A stretch of 64,000 nucleotides of DNA from NCBI RefSeq assembly GCF_025370845.1, contig NZ_JAMXFF010000042.1, one strand, 5' to 3'. This document shows, piece by piece, positions 51,835 to 62,034 of this stretch. The notes beneath the pieces are model-generated. The model saw nothing but the letters and a program-made list of their open reading frames with translations, was not told the DNA's origin and made no database searches. Each line of letters opens with the position of its first letter. Within the stretch, counting starts at the first letter, position 1. Made by a program: the position numbers and the translations under genes. Source of the DNA: Laspinema palackyanum D2a (GTDB taxonomy: Bacteria; Cyanobacteriota; Cyanobacteriia; Cyanobacteriales; Laspinemataceae).

Positions 51835-53451
51835 ATGTTAATCAGTACAATTTGGATCTTAGGGATGGGCTTTTTTGCCGGTCAATTCGCCCTTCGCCTC
51901 GGTGCACCCCCACTCATTGGCATGATTTTGGTGGGAATCATCCTCGGTCCCGAAGTCGGCAATCGCCTAGAACCCGGAATTCTCGCCGCTGCCGATGATT
52001 TAAGAACCCTGGCGGTGATGATTATCCTCATGAAAGCGGGACTCGGACTCGATCGCGACAAGTTGGCGGAACAGGGAACCGTGGCCCTGCGATTGGGCAT
52101 TTTACCCGCTATCCTGGAAGCCGGGGCGATCGCCATTGCAGCAATGTTTCTCTTCCAGTTTGACCTCTTAACCGGGTTGCTCCTCGGTTGCATTATTGCC
52201 GCCGAATCTCCCGCCGTGATTGTCCCGGGAATGTTGCGTCTCAAACGATTGGGTTGGGGGGTCAAAAAAGGCATTCCCGATGCCATTTTAACCGGGTCTG
52301 CCCTCTCTGATGTTGTCCTCTTACTCCTCTTCAGCTTACTGTTGAATTTCCTGCAACAAGGGGAACTAGAGCGAATTATTTTACCCGGGGGATTCTCGTT
52401 GAATCCGCTTTTATTACTTCCCCTACAAGCCATTATCCAGGTTGTTTTAGGAATTCTGGCCGGTTATTTAGCCGCCCAATTATTAGTCTCCCTCCTAGAA
52501 CGGCAAAACTGGAGTAAAAATCCCGTCCAAGATGTCTTAATTGCCGCAGTTGTCGCCGCATTTGCTGTAATTGCTGCCCGAGAATTCCCTTATTTTTCTG
52601 GATATCTAGCGGTGATGTCGATGGGATTCTTTTTAATCGAACTGGATGCACCCCTGGCCCGCCGACTCCGCAATGGATTTAATTCCCTGTGGATTGTGGC
52701 GGAAATTTTCTTATTTGTGTTGATGGGAGCGAGTATTCAGATTCAAATTTTGGGAGAGATGTTCTTACCGGGCTTGACGATTTTAGCCGTGGGTTTATTA
52801 ATCGGACGCACCATTGGGTGGACACTTTCTACGGCAGGAAGTAATTGGAATTGGCAAGAAAAACTGTTTCTATTACCGGGAAATTCGGCGAAAGCAACAG
52901 TGCAGGCGGCCTTGGGTGCGTTACCGTTAGCGTATGGTATTGAAGGGGGAGAAATTATTCTTGCCATTGCTGCCTTGGCAATTTTAGTGACCGCTCCTTT
53001 GGGGGCTTGGGCGATTCCAACTTTTGCTCCAAAATTGCTACAAAAAGGAGAAGTAGACCCAACAAAAGTGACCGTTGATGCTCGGACGCTGTTTTTGGCA
53101 GCGGTGGATAGTTCCCCGGTAGCAATGGCCGTATTAAAACAAACCGCCCAGTTAGCTAGGCGTAGTCATGGAGAGGCGATCGTTTTGTATGTGGTCACGG
53201 AAGACAAACCCGAAGAAATTAAAGAAATTCAGGAGATGACTCAAACAGTTTTAGCGGATATTCGGCATCAGTTTATCACCGAAAAAGGTGCAGTGGTGGA
53301 GAGCATCCTAGGCTGGTCAAAAGCTCATCCCGTCACGGCAATTATTGTGGGGAAACGCCATAATCCCGAGGGAGAAGGGGCGACTGGGGGAGCAGTTTCT
53401 CAAGGGGTTTTAGCGGGGAGTCTCGTTCCGGTTTTGGTGGTCAAAACCTAG
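51835..53451 (+). CDS. Cation/proton antiporter (CPA2-like) fused to a C-terminal universal-stress-protein-like domain
   Basis: N-terminal 400 aa are polytopic (GMILVGIILGPEVG...). The C-terminal ...AIVLYVVTEDKPEE...AIIVGKRH... is USP-like. Confidence 0.65.
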   Translation: MLISTIWILGMGFFAGQFALRLGAPPLIGMILVGIILGPEVGNRLEPGILAAADDLRTLAVMIILMKAGLGLDRDKLAEQGTVALRLGILPAILEAGAIAIAAMFLFQFDLLTGLLLGCIIAAESPAVIVPGMLRLKRLGWGVKKGIPDAILTGSALSDVVLLLLFSLLLNFLQQGELERIILPGGFSLNPLLLLPLQAIIQVVLGILAGYLAAQLLVSLLERQNWSKNPVQDVLIAAVVAAFAVIAAREFPYFSGYLAVMSMGFFLIELDAPLARRLRNGFNSLWIVAEIFLFVLMGASIQIQILGEMFLPGLTILAVGLLIGRTIGWTLSTAGSNWNWQEKLFLLPGNSAKATVQAALGALPLAYGIEGGEIILAIAALAILVTAPLGAWAIPTFAPKLLQKGEVDPTKVTVDARTLFLAAVDSSPVAMAVLKQTAQLARRSHGEAIVLYVVTEDKPEEIKEIQEMTQTVLADIRHQFITEKGAVVESILGWSKAHPVTAIIVGKRHNPEGEGATGGAVSQGVLAGSLVPVLVVKT

Positions 53452-54277
53452 AATATTGCCGGGAAAACTGCTCAAAAACAAAGCAGTTTTTCTATAAAAA
53501 TTTCTCGATGTAAACCGGGATAGAGGGATTTTCAGGGGGAGTTTTAGAGTTCAGCAAACGGTTAGAAGTATGGGGAATTTCCACCCCACTTCTGACCCGG
53601 TGGGAACATTGGAAAATCTTTCCGGTAAAAAAAATCCAAAAAAGCTTGACCTGTTTTCTGAAGAGTGGTATAAGGAAAAAGGGTTTTCAGACTCTTCTGA
53701 ACTTCCCGGTCTTAAACGCAACTTAAACAAGTAAGGAATACTCAAGTGGAAAGCTCTGGTAGTAGTTGTATTGCAACGATTACTCAGGCAGACTCAATGG
53801 CTGACGAGCCTTTAGACGAACCTCGACCGTTTCCCCACAACCGGGCGGTTTAGTCAGTGAAATGACCTAGGGTGACTCCATCTGGGAGTTTTCATAGTTC
53901 ATCTCGTGACCCCCGGGGAAGACGGCGGTCATGTTAGGAATGGAGATGAACTATGAATCACCGAAAGCTTGATGATTTAAACGAAGGGTGAAGGTTAGGT
54001 TAACTGTTGGTTAGCCTAACCCAATCCCGAATGCAAATTTACAGTCCCTGCTGCTGATTTCGGTTAGCGTTTTGGGTCGCGATCGCCTATGGAAACAAAC
54101 CGTTGGTCACTCGCGAACTGGATGCGCTGGGGACTCTTATGAATGGGAATTTTGCAACCGCGATCGCAACAAACCTAGAGATTCTGTTGCCTGATTTTCC
54201 CTGCATTAGACTCTATAGATTGGGGAAAAAACCCCCCAACCACACTCGGAAATATAGAACCGATTAGAGAGTGGATC

Positions 54278-55681
54278 ATGACCGATAATAATACTGAATT
54301 GCCGTCCGTCCAGCCGACAACCCGAGAAGCATTACGCGAACTCGTGCGATCGCAATTGCAAGCCTTACTCGAACAACATAACCTCCAAGGCGCTAAAGCC
54401 TTATTGGTTCCAGTCCAACCGGCAGATATCGCCGAGGCGATTGAAGGATTACCGCAAACGATGCAAGCCATCGCCTTTCGCTTGTTATCCAAAGAAGAGG
54501 CGATCGAGGTTTATGAATATCTGGACTCTAGCATTCAATATGCCTTAATCGAAGAATTTAAGCGCCAGGATGTTTTAGATATTGTTGATAAAATGTCCCC
54601 GGATGACCGCGCCCGCTTATTTGATGAATTGCCTGCCAAAGTAGTCAAGCGCATCCTCGAACAACTGAGTCCCGAAGAACGCCAAAACACCTCGTTGCTG
54701 TTAGGCTATCCCCCGGATAGTGCCGGGAGAATGATGACCCCGGAATATATTGCGGTCAAAGAAAATATGACCCTCAAAAATGCCTTAGACCGAATTAGAA
54801 ATTTAGCCAATGTTAGTGAAATCATTTATTATCTTTACGTCACGGATACCTCTCGGCACTTAATTGGAACGATTTCTCTGCGGGATTTAGTCATGTCGAA
54901 ACCGGAACAACTGTTATCAGAAATTACCCGGCGAGAACCCGTCTTTGTTTCCACAGAAACTGATCGCGAGGAAGCAGCGCGATTAATTCAACGCTATGAT
55001 TTTTTAGCCTTGCCGGTGGTTGATAGCGAACAGCGTCTCGTGGGCATTATCACCGTGGATGATGTTATGGATGTGGTGGAAGCCGAAACCACAGAAGATA
55101 TTTATGCCCTCGGTGGGGTGGAAAGTGGGGGAGAAAACTATTTTCAAACCAATATATTCACCGTGGCGCGCAAGCGTGTGGTGTGGTTGTTGATTTTATT
55201 AATTACCAATACAGCCACCTCAGCCGTGATTCGCGCCCGAGAAGATATTCTCCAACAAGTGGTGGCACTTGCAGCATTTATTCCCTTATTAATTGACACC
55301 GGAGGGAACGTGGGTGCACAGTCCTCCACCGTGGTGATTCGCGGGTTAAATATCAATGCCATTCGGGAAGGACAAGCCTGGAGAATTATTGGCCGGGAGA
55401 CGACTGCCGGGGGGTTATTAGGAGTAATGCTGTCCATTGCTGTCGCCATTTGGGCCTATTTCTTGGCGGGAAATCTGCTAGTTGCTATTTCCGTGGGAGT
55501 GAGTTTGCTAGGGATTACCATCCTCGCCTCCTTCGCCGGGTCCGCCCTGCCGTTTTTATTCTATCGGGTGGGATTTGACCCGGCATTAATGTCAGCGCCC
55601 TTTATTACCACCGCAGTGGATGTCCTGGGGGTGTTAATTTATTTAACGGTGGCACAGCAGCTTTTGGGAGGTGCGGCATGA
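54278..55681 (+). CDS. mgtE: Magnesium transporter MgtE (N-domain, tandem CBS, 5-TM channel)
   Basis: MgtE_N region (DIAEAIEGLPQTMQAIAFRLLSKEEAIEVYEYLD), CBS pair, and a C-terminal TM domain with the GGNVGAQSSTVVIRGL motif. Confidence 0.9.
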   Translation: MTDNNTELPSVQPTTREALRELVRSQLQALLEQHNLQGAKALLVPVQPADIAEAIEGLPQTMQAIAFRLLSKEEAIEVYEYLDSSIQYALIEEFKRQDVLDIVDKMSPDDRARLFDELPAKVVKRILEQLSPEERQNTSLLLGYPPDSAGRMMTPEYIAVKENMTLKNALDRIRNLANVSEIIYYLYVTDTSRHLIGTISLRDLVMSKPEQLLSEITRREPVFVSTETDREEAARLIQRYDFLALPVVDSEQRLVGIITVDDVMDVVEAETTEDIYALGGVESGGENYFQTNIFTVARKRVVWLLILLITNTATSAVIRAREDILQQVVALAAFIPLLIDTGGNVGAQSSTVVIRGLNINAIREGQAWRIIGRETTAGGLLGVMLSIAVAIWAYFLAGNLLVAISVGVSLLGITILASFAGSALPFLFYRVGFDPALMSAPFITTAVDVLGVLIYLTVAQQLLGGAA

Positions 55682-55796
55682 CTGGGAAACCACTGGAGAG
55701 ATCCCATTCAATTTGTCCTGTTTCGCCTGGGGTAACGAGTTCGCCTTCCCCTAAATTGTATAGAATAGTGATCGGACTGGATCCAGGGAGTTAAAC

Positions 55797-57197
55797 GTGA
55801 CTGAACCTCAACCGATATCCTCTCCCCTCGGGACCCTGTCGCGGAGAGAAATACCTGACTTAGTGCGATCGCAACTGGAAGCCCTCCTCAGACAGGGGGA
55901 CCTCCAAGGGGCTAAAGCGATTTTAGTCCCGGTTCAACCTGTGGATATCGCCGAAGCGATCGAAGGAATGCCCGAAGCGATGCAGGCGATCGCCTTTCGC
56001 TTGTTGTCCAAATCTGAGGCAACGGAAGTTTACGAACATCTCGATTCCAGCGTCCAACAGGTGCTTTTAGAAGACTTCAAGCGCCAGGACGTCCTAGATA
56101 TCATTGGCAATATGTCCCCGGACGATCGCGCCCGATTACTGGATGAGTTGCCGTCGAAAGTCGTGCGCCGATTGCGGGCACAACTGTCTCCCACGGAATG
56201 GCAGTCTACCGCCCTGTTGATGGGCTATGAATCGGGAACTGCCGGGAGAATCATGACCCCGGAATATATTTCCGTCCGGGAAAATATGAGCGTTTCCCAA
56301 ACCCTGGAACGGATTCGCACCCTGTCGCCAGTGGCGGAAATTATTTATTACCTCTATGTCATGGATAGTGAACGCCGGTTAACCGGAATCGTTTCCCTGC
56401 GTGACTTGGTGATTAGTTCCCCTGAAGAAAAAATTAGTGAAATCATGACTCGGGATGTGGTATTCGTCCATACGGATACCGACGGCGAGGAAGTCTCGCG
56501 CCTGATTCAACGCTATGATTTCCTAGCGATCCCCGTGGTCGATCGCGAGCAACGCTTAGTCGGTGTCATCACCATCGATGATGCGATCGACATCATGGAA
56601 CAGGAAACCACTGAGGATATTTATGCCTTGGGTGGGGTCCAAACCGATGGGGATAATTATTTTGAAATGAGTTTATGGACAGTGGCGCGACGGCGTGTCG
56701 TGTGGCTGTTCGTCTTATTGCTTACCAATACCGTTACGGGATCAATTATTAACTCCCAAAAAGACCTATTGCAGCAAGTCGTCGTCCTCACCGCCTTTAT
56801 CCCCCTGCTTACAGGTACGGGAGGGAATGTCGGTGCCCAGTCTTCCACGGTGGTGATTCGCGGGATGAATACCGATGAAATTCGCTTACTCGGACCGCTC
56901 AAAGTCATCTGGCGAGAAGGAATTGCTGGGGCATTACTCGGGACAATTTTGGGAACCCTCGCCACCATCTGGGCTTTTTTCCTCTTGCAAGTCAATCTCC
57001 AGGTGGCCTTCTGTGTCGGTATTTCTTTGATTGCCATTTCAATTTTGGCATCGGTCTCCGGTTCCGCCCTGCCATTTTTATTCCGCGCCATCAAGTTAGA
57101 TCCCGCCCTGATGTCAGCGCCGTTTATTACAACGGCTGTCGATGTTTTGGGAGTTCTCATTTACTTTAATATTGCGAGGCTATTTCTAGGATTGTAA
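55797..57197 (+). CDS. mgtE: Magnesium transporter MgtE, tandem paralogue
   Basis: Same architecture and the GGNVGAQSSTVVIRGM motif. Roughly 70% identical to the upstream copy, by eye. Confidence 0.9.
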   Translation: MTEPQPISSPLGTLSRREIPDLVRSQLEALLRQGDLQGAKAILVPVQPVDIAEAIEGMPEAMQAIAFRLLSKSEATEVYEHLDSSVQQVLLEDFKRQDVLDIIGNMSPDDRARLLDELPSKVVRRLRAQLSPTEWQSTALLMGYESGTAGRIMTPEYISVRENMSVSQTLERIRTLSPVAEIIYYLYVMDSERRLTGIVSLRDLVISSPEEKISEIMTRDVVFVHTDTDGEEVSRLIQRYDFLAIPVVDREQRLVGVITIDDAIDIMEQETTEDIYALGGVQTDGDNYFEMSLWTVARRRVVWLFVLLLTNTVTGSIINSQKDLLQQVVVLTAFIPLLTGTGGNVGAQSSTVVIRGMNTDEIRLLGPLKVIWREGIAGALLGTILGTLATIWAFFLLQVNLQVAFCVGISLIAISILASVSGSALPFLFRAIKLDPALMSAPFITTAVDVLGVLIYFNIARLFLGL

Positions 57198-57518
57198 TTT
57201 TCCCCACTCCACTGCTTTCAGGGTGGGGATTTCTGCGGGTCACAGCAGATTGAATCAATAACGATGGGGCCAAACCCCAGAAATCGGATTGATTAAACGG
57301 TTTATCCATTTTCTATCCGATTTTTAAGGCTCAAATGCTCCCGGTTGAAACTAGAGGAATCTTTGTTAGTCTGGATGACAATTTTTTGGGCAATTCATTA
57401 TCAATTGTGTCGGGTTGGACTGAAAAATTTTTTTTATCCCCCTTATATCAACATTTCTCCATAAAATGGAAAGATAAGGGGGATTCTTGATAAAATGGTA
57501 ATTGTAATATAGGCTCCG

Positions 57519-59120
57519 GTGGGTGGGAAGGACTCCATGTCAAATCACCGTCATTGGCTAGAAACTGTAGAATATGCTTCCTTGTTCGCGTCGGTGGTGG
57601 CGTCGATAGTGGCAGTCTTTTTTAATGGGGCCATCTATGTCGCCGCCCTGCTAATTTGCAGTGCCCTGATTTTGAATGCGATCGGCCGGTATCGTCTGGA
57701 ACACCAAACTCGCCGAGTCAGTGGCACCACAAATCGACTGCATCGCCAATGGGCGGAAGAACTGGAGATGCTCACCCAACGAGTGGAAGCTCAGAAGCAA
57801 TTTCCCCTCCCTCAAGTCGAAGGGGAGGAAGGCACTCGCCCCCCTGTAGCTACGGGGGCCCCGGAGGAGTTGGCCTTGTTGCAAACCCGATTGGGTAAGT
57901 TAGAATCCGTGGACCTCTCCCAGATTCAAAGGGAAATCGCGGGGTTGAAAGAGCAATATGCCCTTTTGGATGAAAGTCTGGGCAATGCGATCGCCTATCT
58001 GAATCGCTCATCCTTTGCCTACCGCTTAGAACGAGTGGAGGAGGCGATGTCGCAATTGACCTCGCAAATTGTGGTCCCCTCGCCCCCACCTCGCCCGCAA
58101 CCGGAACTGGCGACGCCGGAATCAGCGACACCGGAACCCCCCAAGTCGGCACCCCCTTCTCAACCCGCCAAATCCAAACCGCCCTCGTCCAAAGTCGTCC
58201 TACCGTCCTTTGCTGCACCTTCGGAACCCACGGCCCAGAATTGGATCTGTCGCCACAGTTTGCCCGCCCATGCGGATTGGGTGCGATCGCTGGGAATTAC
58301 CCCCGATGGTCAAATCCTGGCAACCGGCAGTTTTGACACCAGTATTAAACTCTGGAAACTCTCCACCGGGGAACTGTTGCAAGTGCTCGCCGAACACAAA
58401 CGCGGGGTATTTTCGATTGCGATCGCCCCCGATGGCAAAACCCTCGCCTCTGCCAGTTGGGATAAAACCATCAAACTCTGGGAACTCCCCACAGGAACTC
58501 CCAAACAAACCCTCACGGGACATGGGGGTTCCGTCCGCGCCTTGGCGATCGCCCCTGATGGCAACACCCTGGTGAGTGGCAGTTTTGACGAGACAATTAA
58601 ATTGTGGGATTTGTCCAAAGCGGAATTAATCGATACCCTCACGGACTATACCGGACCCATCTTTTCCCTCGCCATTTCCCCCGATGGTCAAATTCTCGCC
58701 CGAGGCGGTGGGGATGGCACGATTACCCTGTGGCAATTCCAAACCAAACAGCCGATTTCGGTCCTCAATGGCAGTTTAGAGGCGGTAGAAGCGATCGTCA
58801 TCTCCCCCCAACAACTCCTCATCGGTGGCAGTGGCGACGGCAATATTCAACTCTGGAATTTGGAAACCGGAGAACTGCTGTGGAGTTTGAGCGCCCATTT
58901 AGGACCTGTAACCGCAGTTGCGATCGCCCCCGATGGCAACAGTTTTGCTACAGGTAGCGCCGATGGGACGGTCAAAATCTGGCATTTACCCACGGGTAAA
59001 TTAGTCTGTGCTTTGACGGAAGAAAGTGGGGCGGTGATGTCTTTAGTTTATAGTCCGAATGGACAATTTTTGGTTAGTGGTAGTGCGAAAGGGATGGTGA
59101 GAATTTTGGAACGGGAGTAG
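57519..59120 (+). CDS. WD40-repeat protein with N-terminal TM helices, coiled coil and a Pro-rich linker
   Basis: Seven or more ...GH...V.S..F.PDG..L.SGS.D.T.K.W blades. N-terminal hydrophobic segments. Confidence 0.8.
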   Translation: MGGKDSMSNHRHWLETVEYASLFASVVASIVAVFFNGAIYVAALLICSALILNAIGRYRLEHQTRRVSGTTNRLHRQWAEELEMLTQRVEAQKQFPLPQVEGEEGTRPPVATGAPEELALLQTRLGKLESVDLSQIQREIAGLKEQYALLDESLGNAIAYLNRSSFAYRLERVEEAMSQLTSQIVVPSPPPRPQPELATPESATPEPPKSAPPSQPAKSKPPSSKVVLPSFAAPSEPTAQNWICRHSLPAHADWVRSLGITPDGQILATGSFDTSIKLWKLSTGELLQVLAEHKRGVFSIAIAPDGKTLASASWDKTIKLWELPTGTPKQTLTGHGGSVRALAIAPDGNTLVSGSFDETIKLWDLSKAELIDTLTDYTGPIFSLAISPDGQILARGGGDGTITLWQFQTKQPISVLNGSLEAVEAIVISPQQLLIGGSGDGNIQLWNLETGELLWSLSAHLGPVTAVAIAPDGNSFATGSADGTVKIWHLPTGKLVCALTEESGAVMSLVYSPNGQFLVSGSAKGMVRILERE

Positions 59121-59129
59121 TAGCACCAG

Positions 59130-59375
59130 GCGGGGGTTAAATCAACCATCTGTAGGGGCGATTCGCGAATCGCCCGATCGCCAAGGTTTGTAGGGCGATT
59201 CGCGAATCGCCCGATCGCCAAGGTTTGTAGGGGCGATTCGCGAATCGCCCGACCGGCGGGGGTTCAAACCCCCGCCTAATAGCTAAAGTCGGTTAAAACC
59301 GACTAAAAAGACCACCCTGTAACCTGTAGGGGCGATTCGCGAATCGCCCGATCTCCCGCCCGGTATTGCTTTACC
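59130..59375. repeat. Palindromic repeat cluster: GGCGATTCGCGAATCGCC x4, plus the CCGGCGGGGGTTCAAACCCCCGCC / AGTCGGTTAAAACCGACT element
   Basis: Seen directly. Confidence 0.8.
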
Positions 59376-60293
59376 CTAAAGTCGATACTGCCTATACAGT
59401 TGAGCAGCAGCACGATGTAAGAGCGAATGACGATAGACTAATCCGCGCATATCCTCGCAATATCCGCCCCCAATAACACAGGCGACGGGATATTTAGCGG
59501 CGAGACAGGTGCTTAATACCTGCATATCCCGCCGAAAAATCCCGGTATCACTCAACGCTAATTTACCCAGGCGATCGCCTGCATGAACATCAACGCCTGC
59601 GTCATACAAGACTAAATCCGGCTGGAATTGGCCGAGTAAATCCGGTAAATAACCGGCGACGGTTTGCAAGTATTCATCATCCTCCATTCCTACCGGCAAA
59701 GGCACATCTAAATCACTGGTTTGTTTTCGCCCAGGAAAATTGGCCTCACAGTGTAGAGAAAACGTAAATACATCCGGGTCATTTCTAAAAATATATGCCG
59801 TCCCATCCCCTTGATGCACGTCCAAATCCACAATTAAGACTTTGCGAATTCCTGCTAATTTTTGAATCATCCGCGCGGCGATCGCCAAATCATTGAAAAT
59901 GCAAAATCCTGATCCAAAATCGGGAAAGGCATGATGGGTTCCTCCTGCCGTGTTGCAAGCTAATCCATACTCTAATGCCAGTTTAGCGGTCAAAACTGCC
60001 CCACCAACGGAGATACAAGTACGATGGGCGATCGCCTCAGTCCAGGGTAACCCAATCCGACGCTGTGCTTTGGGGTCGAGAGTGCCTTGGCAGTATGCCT
60101 GGACATATTCTGGGTCATGAACCGACTCAATCCAGTCCTGGGGGGGCAATTCCGGCGCGTGACACTGTTCCGGAGTGACAACGCGATCGCCTAACAGCAT
60201 TTCATAGAGTAACCGAAACTTTTCCATCGGGAACCGATGGGACGGAGGTAGAGGGGCCACATAGTCAGGATGATAAACGATGGGTAAGTCCAT
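59376..60293 (-). CDS. Histone deacetylase-family amidohydrolase (AcuC/HDAC-like)
   Basis: MDLPIVYHPDYVAPLPPSHRFPMEKF... and ...DLDVHQGDGT... zinc-site signature. Confidence 0.8.
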   Translation of the reverse strand: MDLPIVYHPDYVAPLPPSHRFPMEKFRLLYEMLLGDRVVTPEQCHAPELPPQDWIESVHDPEYVQAYCQGTLDPKAQRRIGLPWTEAIAHRTCISVGGAVLTAKLALEYGLACNTAGGTHHAFPDFGSGFCIFNDLAIAARMIQKLAGIRKVLIVDLDVHQGDGTAYIFRNDPDVFTFSLHCEANFPGRKQTSDLDVPLPVGMEDDEYLQTVAGYLPDLLGQFQPDLVLYDAGVDVHAGDRLGKLALSDTGIFRRDMQVLSTCLAAKYPVACVIGGGYCEDMRGLVYRHSLLHRAAAQLYRQYRL

Positions 60294-60365
60294 GTCAGGG
60301 GAGGTTTAGGGTTGCCGGTGTGCAGTCCACTTTAAAATCTAATTTAAACTCTAAAATGGGGATTA

Positions 60366-60896
60366 TTGATAGTAATCAGGAGGGCGATCGTGCAATTCAT
60401 CACTTGGCAGTCTGGGAATAGCAATTCTGAGACAGTTGAAAATTTCGAGACAATTCGGCAATGGTGGCGCAATCTCAATGGCAAAGAGATCAACTTGCGC
60501 CAGCGCATCCTCTCCGAAACCGGGGATGTGCGAGACTTGGATTGGGAACCCCAACGCTTTGACGAAACCTTTGCGATCGCCAATCCTGATATACGCGGCA
60601 TTACCCTTTATTGGACAAAACCCGGAATGCCAGACGAACGCAATACCACCGTCCGACAACTCCAACTCGACCCCAAACGGCAGCAACTCTACATTTATCC
60701 CCAATCTCAACCCACCCTCGTTATGCAGATCGGACTCGCTGCCTTGAAATATCAAACTTTGACCTTGAAAGAAGCAGAAATTTTTGTAGAAGACAATCAA
60801 ACCTTAATTTTAAGAGATACTACCCGATTAATCGAGGTCAAACTCAAACTAGATGCTGAGATGATTGCTTCCCTGAAACAACAATTGCCGGACTAG
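60366..60896 (+). CDS. Hypothetical protein. The strand is uncertain: an overlapping ORF on the minus strand at 60363..60800 is about equally long.
   Basis: 176-aa ORF with no recognisable family. Confidence 0.25.
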   Translation: MIVIRRAIVQFITWQSGNSNSETVENFETIRQWWRNLNGKEINLRQRILSETGDVRDLDWEPQRFDETFAIANPDIRGITLYWTKPGMPDERNTTVRQLQLDPKRQQLYIYPQSQPTLVMQIGLAALKYQTLTLKEAEIFVEDNQTLILRDTTRLIEVKLKLDAEMIASLKQQLPD

Positions 60897-60981
60897 AATA
60901 GACAACAACTTTGAGGTGCATTCCAAAAGTTGTAAAACTGGAAATAGGTTTTTTGATTTTATCCTTTTCACTCCCTTCATT

Positions 60982-62034
60982 ATGTCTTTAGAAACTCCCT
61001 CTGTTCAAACCGATGTTTCCCCAACAAAAGGGAAAAAGCTGCCGTCTAAAGTTATTATCAAACTGGGCAAGTTTGTCTGGACAACTATCTGGCAACTGAT
61101 GATGTCAAAACTCGCCCCGCGCAATCAGACTGGGGAATATATTCGTCCCATCAGCGAGTTTAGAAATTCTGTGGGAACCCAACCGGACAACCCCTATCCC
61201 CCGGCGAAGGAACGCTATCGCCTCTATGTGGGATTAGGCTGTCCTTGGGCGCATCGGACCCTAGTGGTGCGATCGCTCAAAGGATTAGAATCGGCCATTT
61301 CCGTCGCCACTGTCTCCCCCTCCCCCGATGCCGGAATCTGGGTTCTGGATGAACCGGAATACGGCTGTCAAACCCTCCCGGAATTGTATGCGATCGCCCG
61401 TCCCGGATATCAAGGACGCAGCACCGTTCCAGTCCTATTTGATACCCAAACCCAGACCATTGTCAACAATGAAAGTGCTGAAATTATCATCATGCTCAAT
61501 GCAGAATTTAATGAATTTAGCACCCATCCCGAACTGGATTTGTATCCCGAACACTTGCAAGATAAAATAGAATATTGGAACGATAAAATTTACCCCGCCA
61601 TTAACAACGGCGTCTATCGCTGCGGATTTGCCCAAAGTCAAACCGCTTATGACACCGCCTGCACGGAACTGTTTAATACCTTAGATGAAATAGATGCAGT
61701 CTTGGCAACCCATCGATACTTATGCGGCGACTCATTAACCCTAGCTGATGTGCGCCTATTTACCACCATATTCCGCTTTGATATCGTCTATTACGGCCTT
61801 TTTAAATGTAATAAACGCCGCATCCAAGACTATCAAAACCTCGGACCCTATCTCCGGGATATCTATCAACTGCCCGGAGTAGCAGACACCTGCGACTTGG
61901 ATAGTATCAAACGAGACTATTACGGCAATCTCTTCCCCTTAAATCCCGGGGGAATTATTCCATTAGGACCCACTATCACCAACTTACAGGAACCCCACCA
62001 TCGCGAGGGTTTAACTCATTCTCTAAGTTCGTAG
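60982..62034 (+). CDS. Xi-class glutathione S-transferase / glutathionyl-hydroquinone reductase (YqjG-like)
   Basis: YRLYVGLGCPWAHRTLVVR carries the CPWA catalytic motif. A C-terminal GST_C-like region is present. Start is at the internal ATG. Confidence 0.7.
   Translation: MSLETPSVQTDVSPTKGKKLPSKVIIKLGKFVWTTIWQLMMSKLAPRNQTGEYIRPISEFRNSVGTQPDNPYPPAKERYRLYVGLGCPWAHRTLVVRSLKGLESAISVATVSPSPDAGIWVLDEPEYGCQTLPELYAIARPGYQGRSTVPVLFDTQTQTIVNNESAEIIIMLNAEFNEFSTHPELDLYPEHLQDKIEYWNDKIYPAINNGVYRCGFAQSQTAYDTACTELFNTLDEIDAVLATHRYLCGDSLTLADVRLFTTIFRFDIVYYGLFKCNKRRIQDYQNLGPYLRDIYQLPGVADTCDLDSIKRDYYGNLFPLNPGGIIPLGPTITNLQEPHHREGLTHSLSS

Noticed and set aside
51882-52433. ORF 51882..52433 (-), 183 aa
   Set aside because: It is antisense inside the CPA2-like antiporter gene and has biased Arg/Pro/Ser composition.
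59260-59285. tRNA-like T-arm (GGTTCAAACCCCCGCC) suggesting a tRNA gene
   Set aside because: It is part of the CCGGCGGGGGTTCAAACCCCCGCC palindromic repeat module. No acceptor stem or anticodon arm can be built around it.
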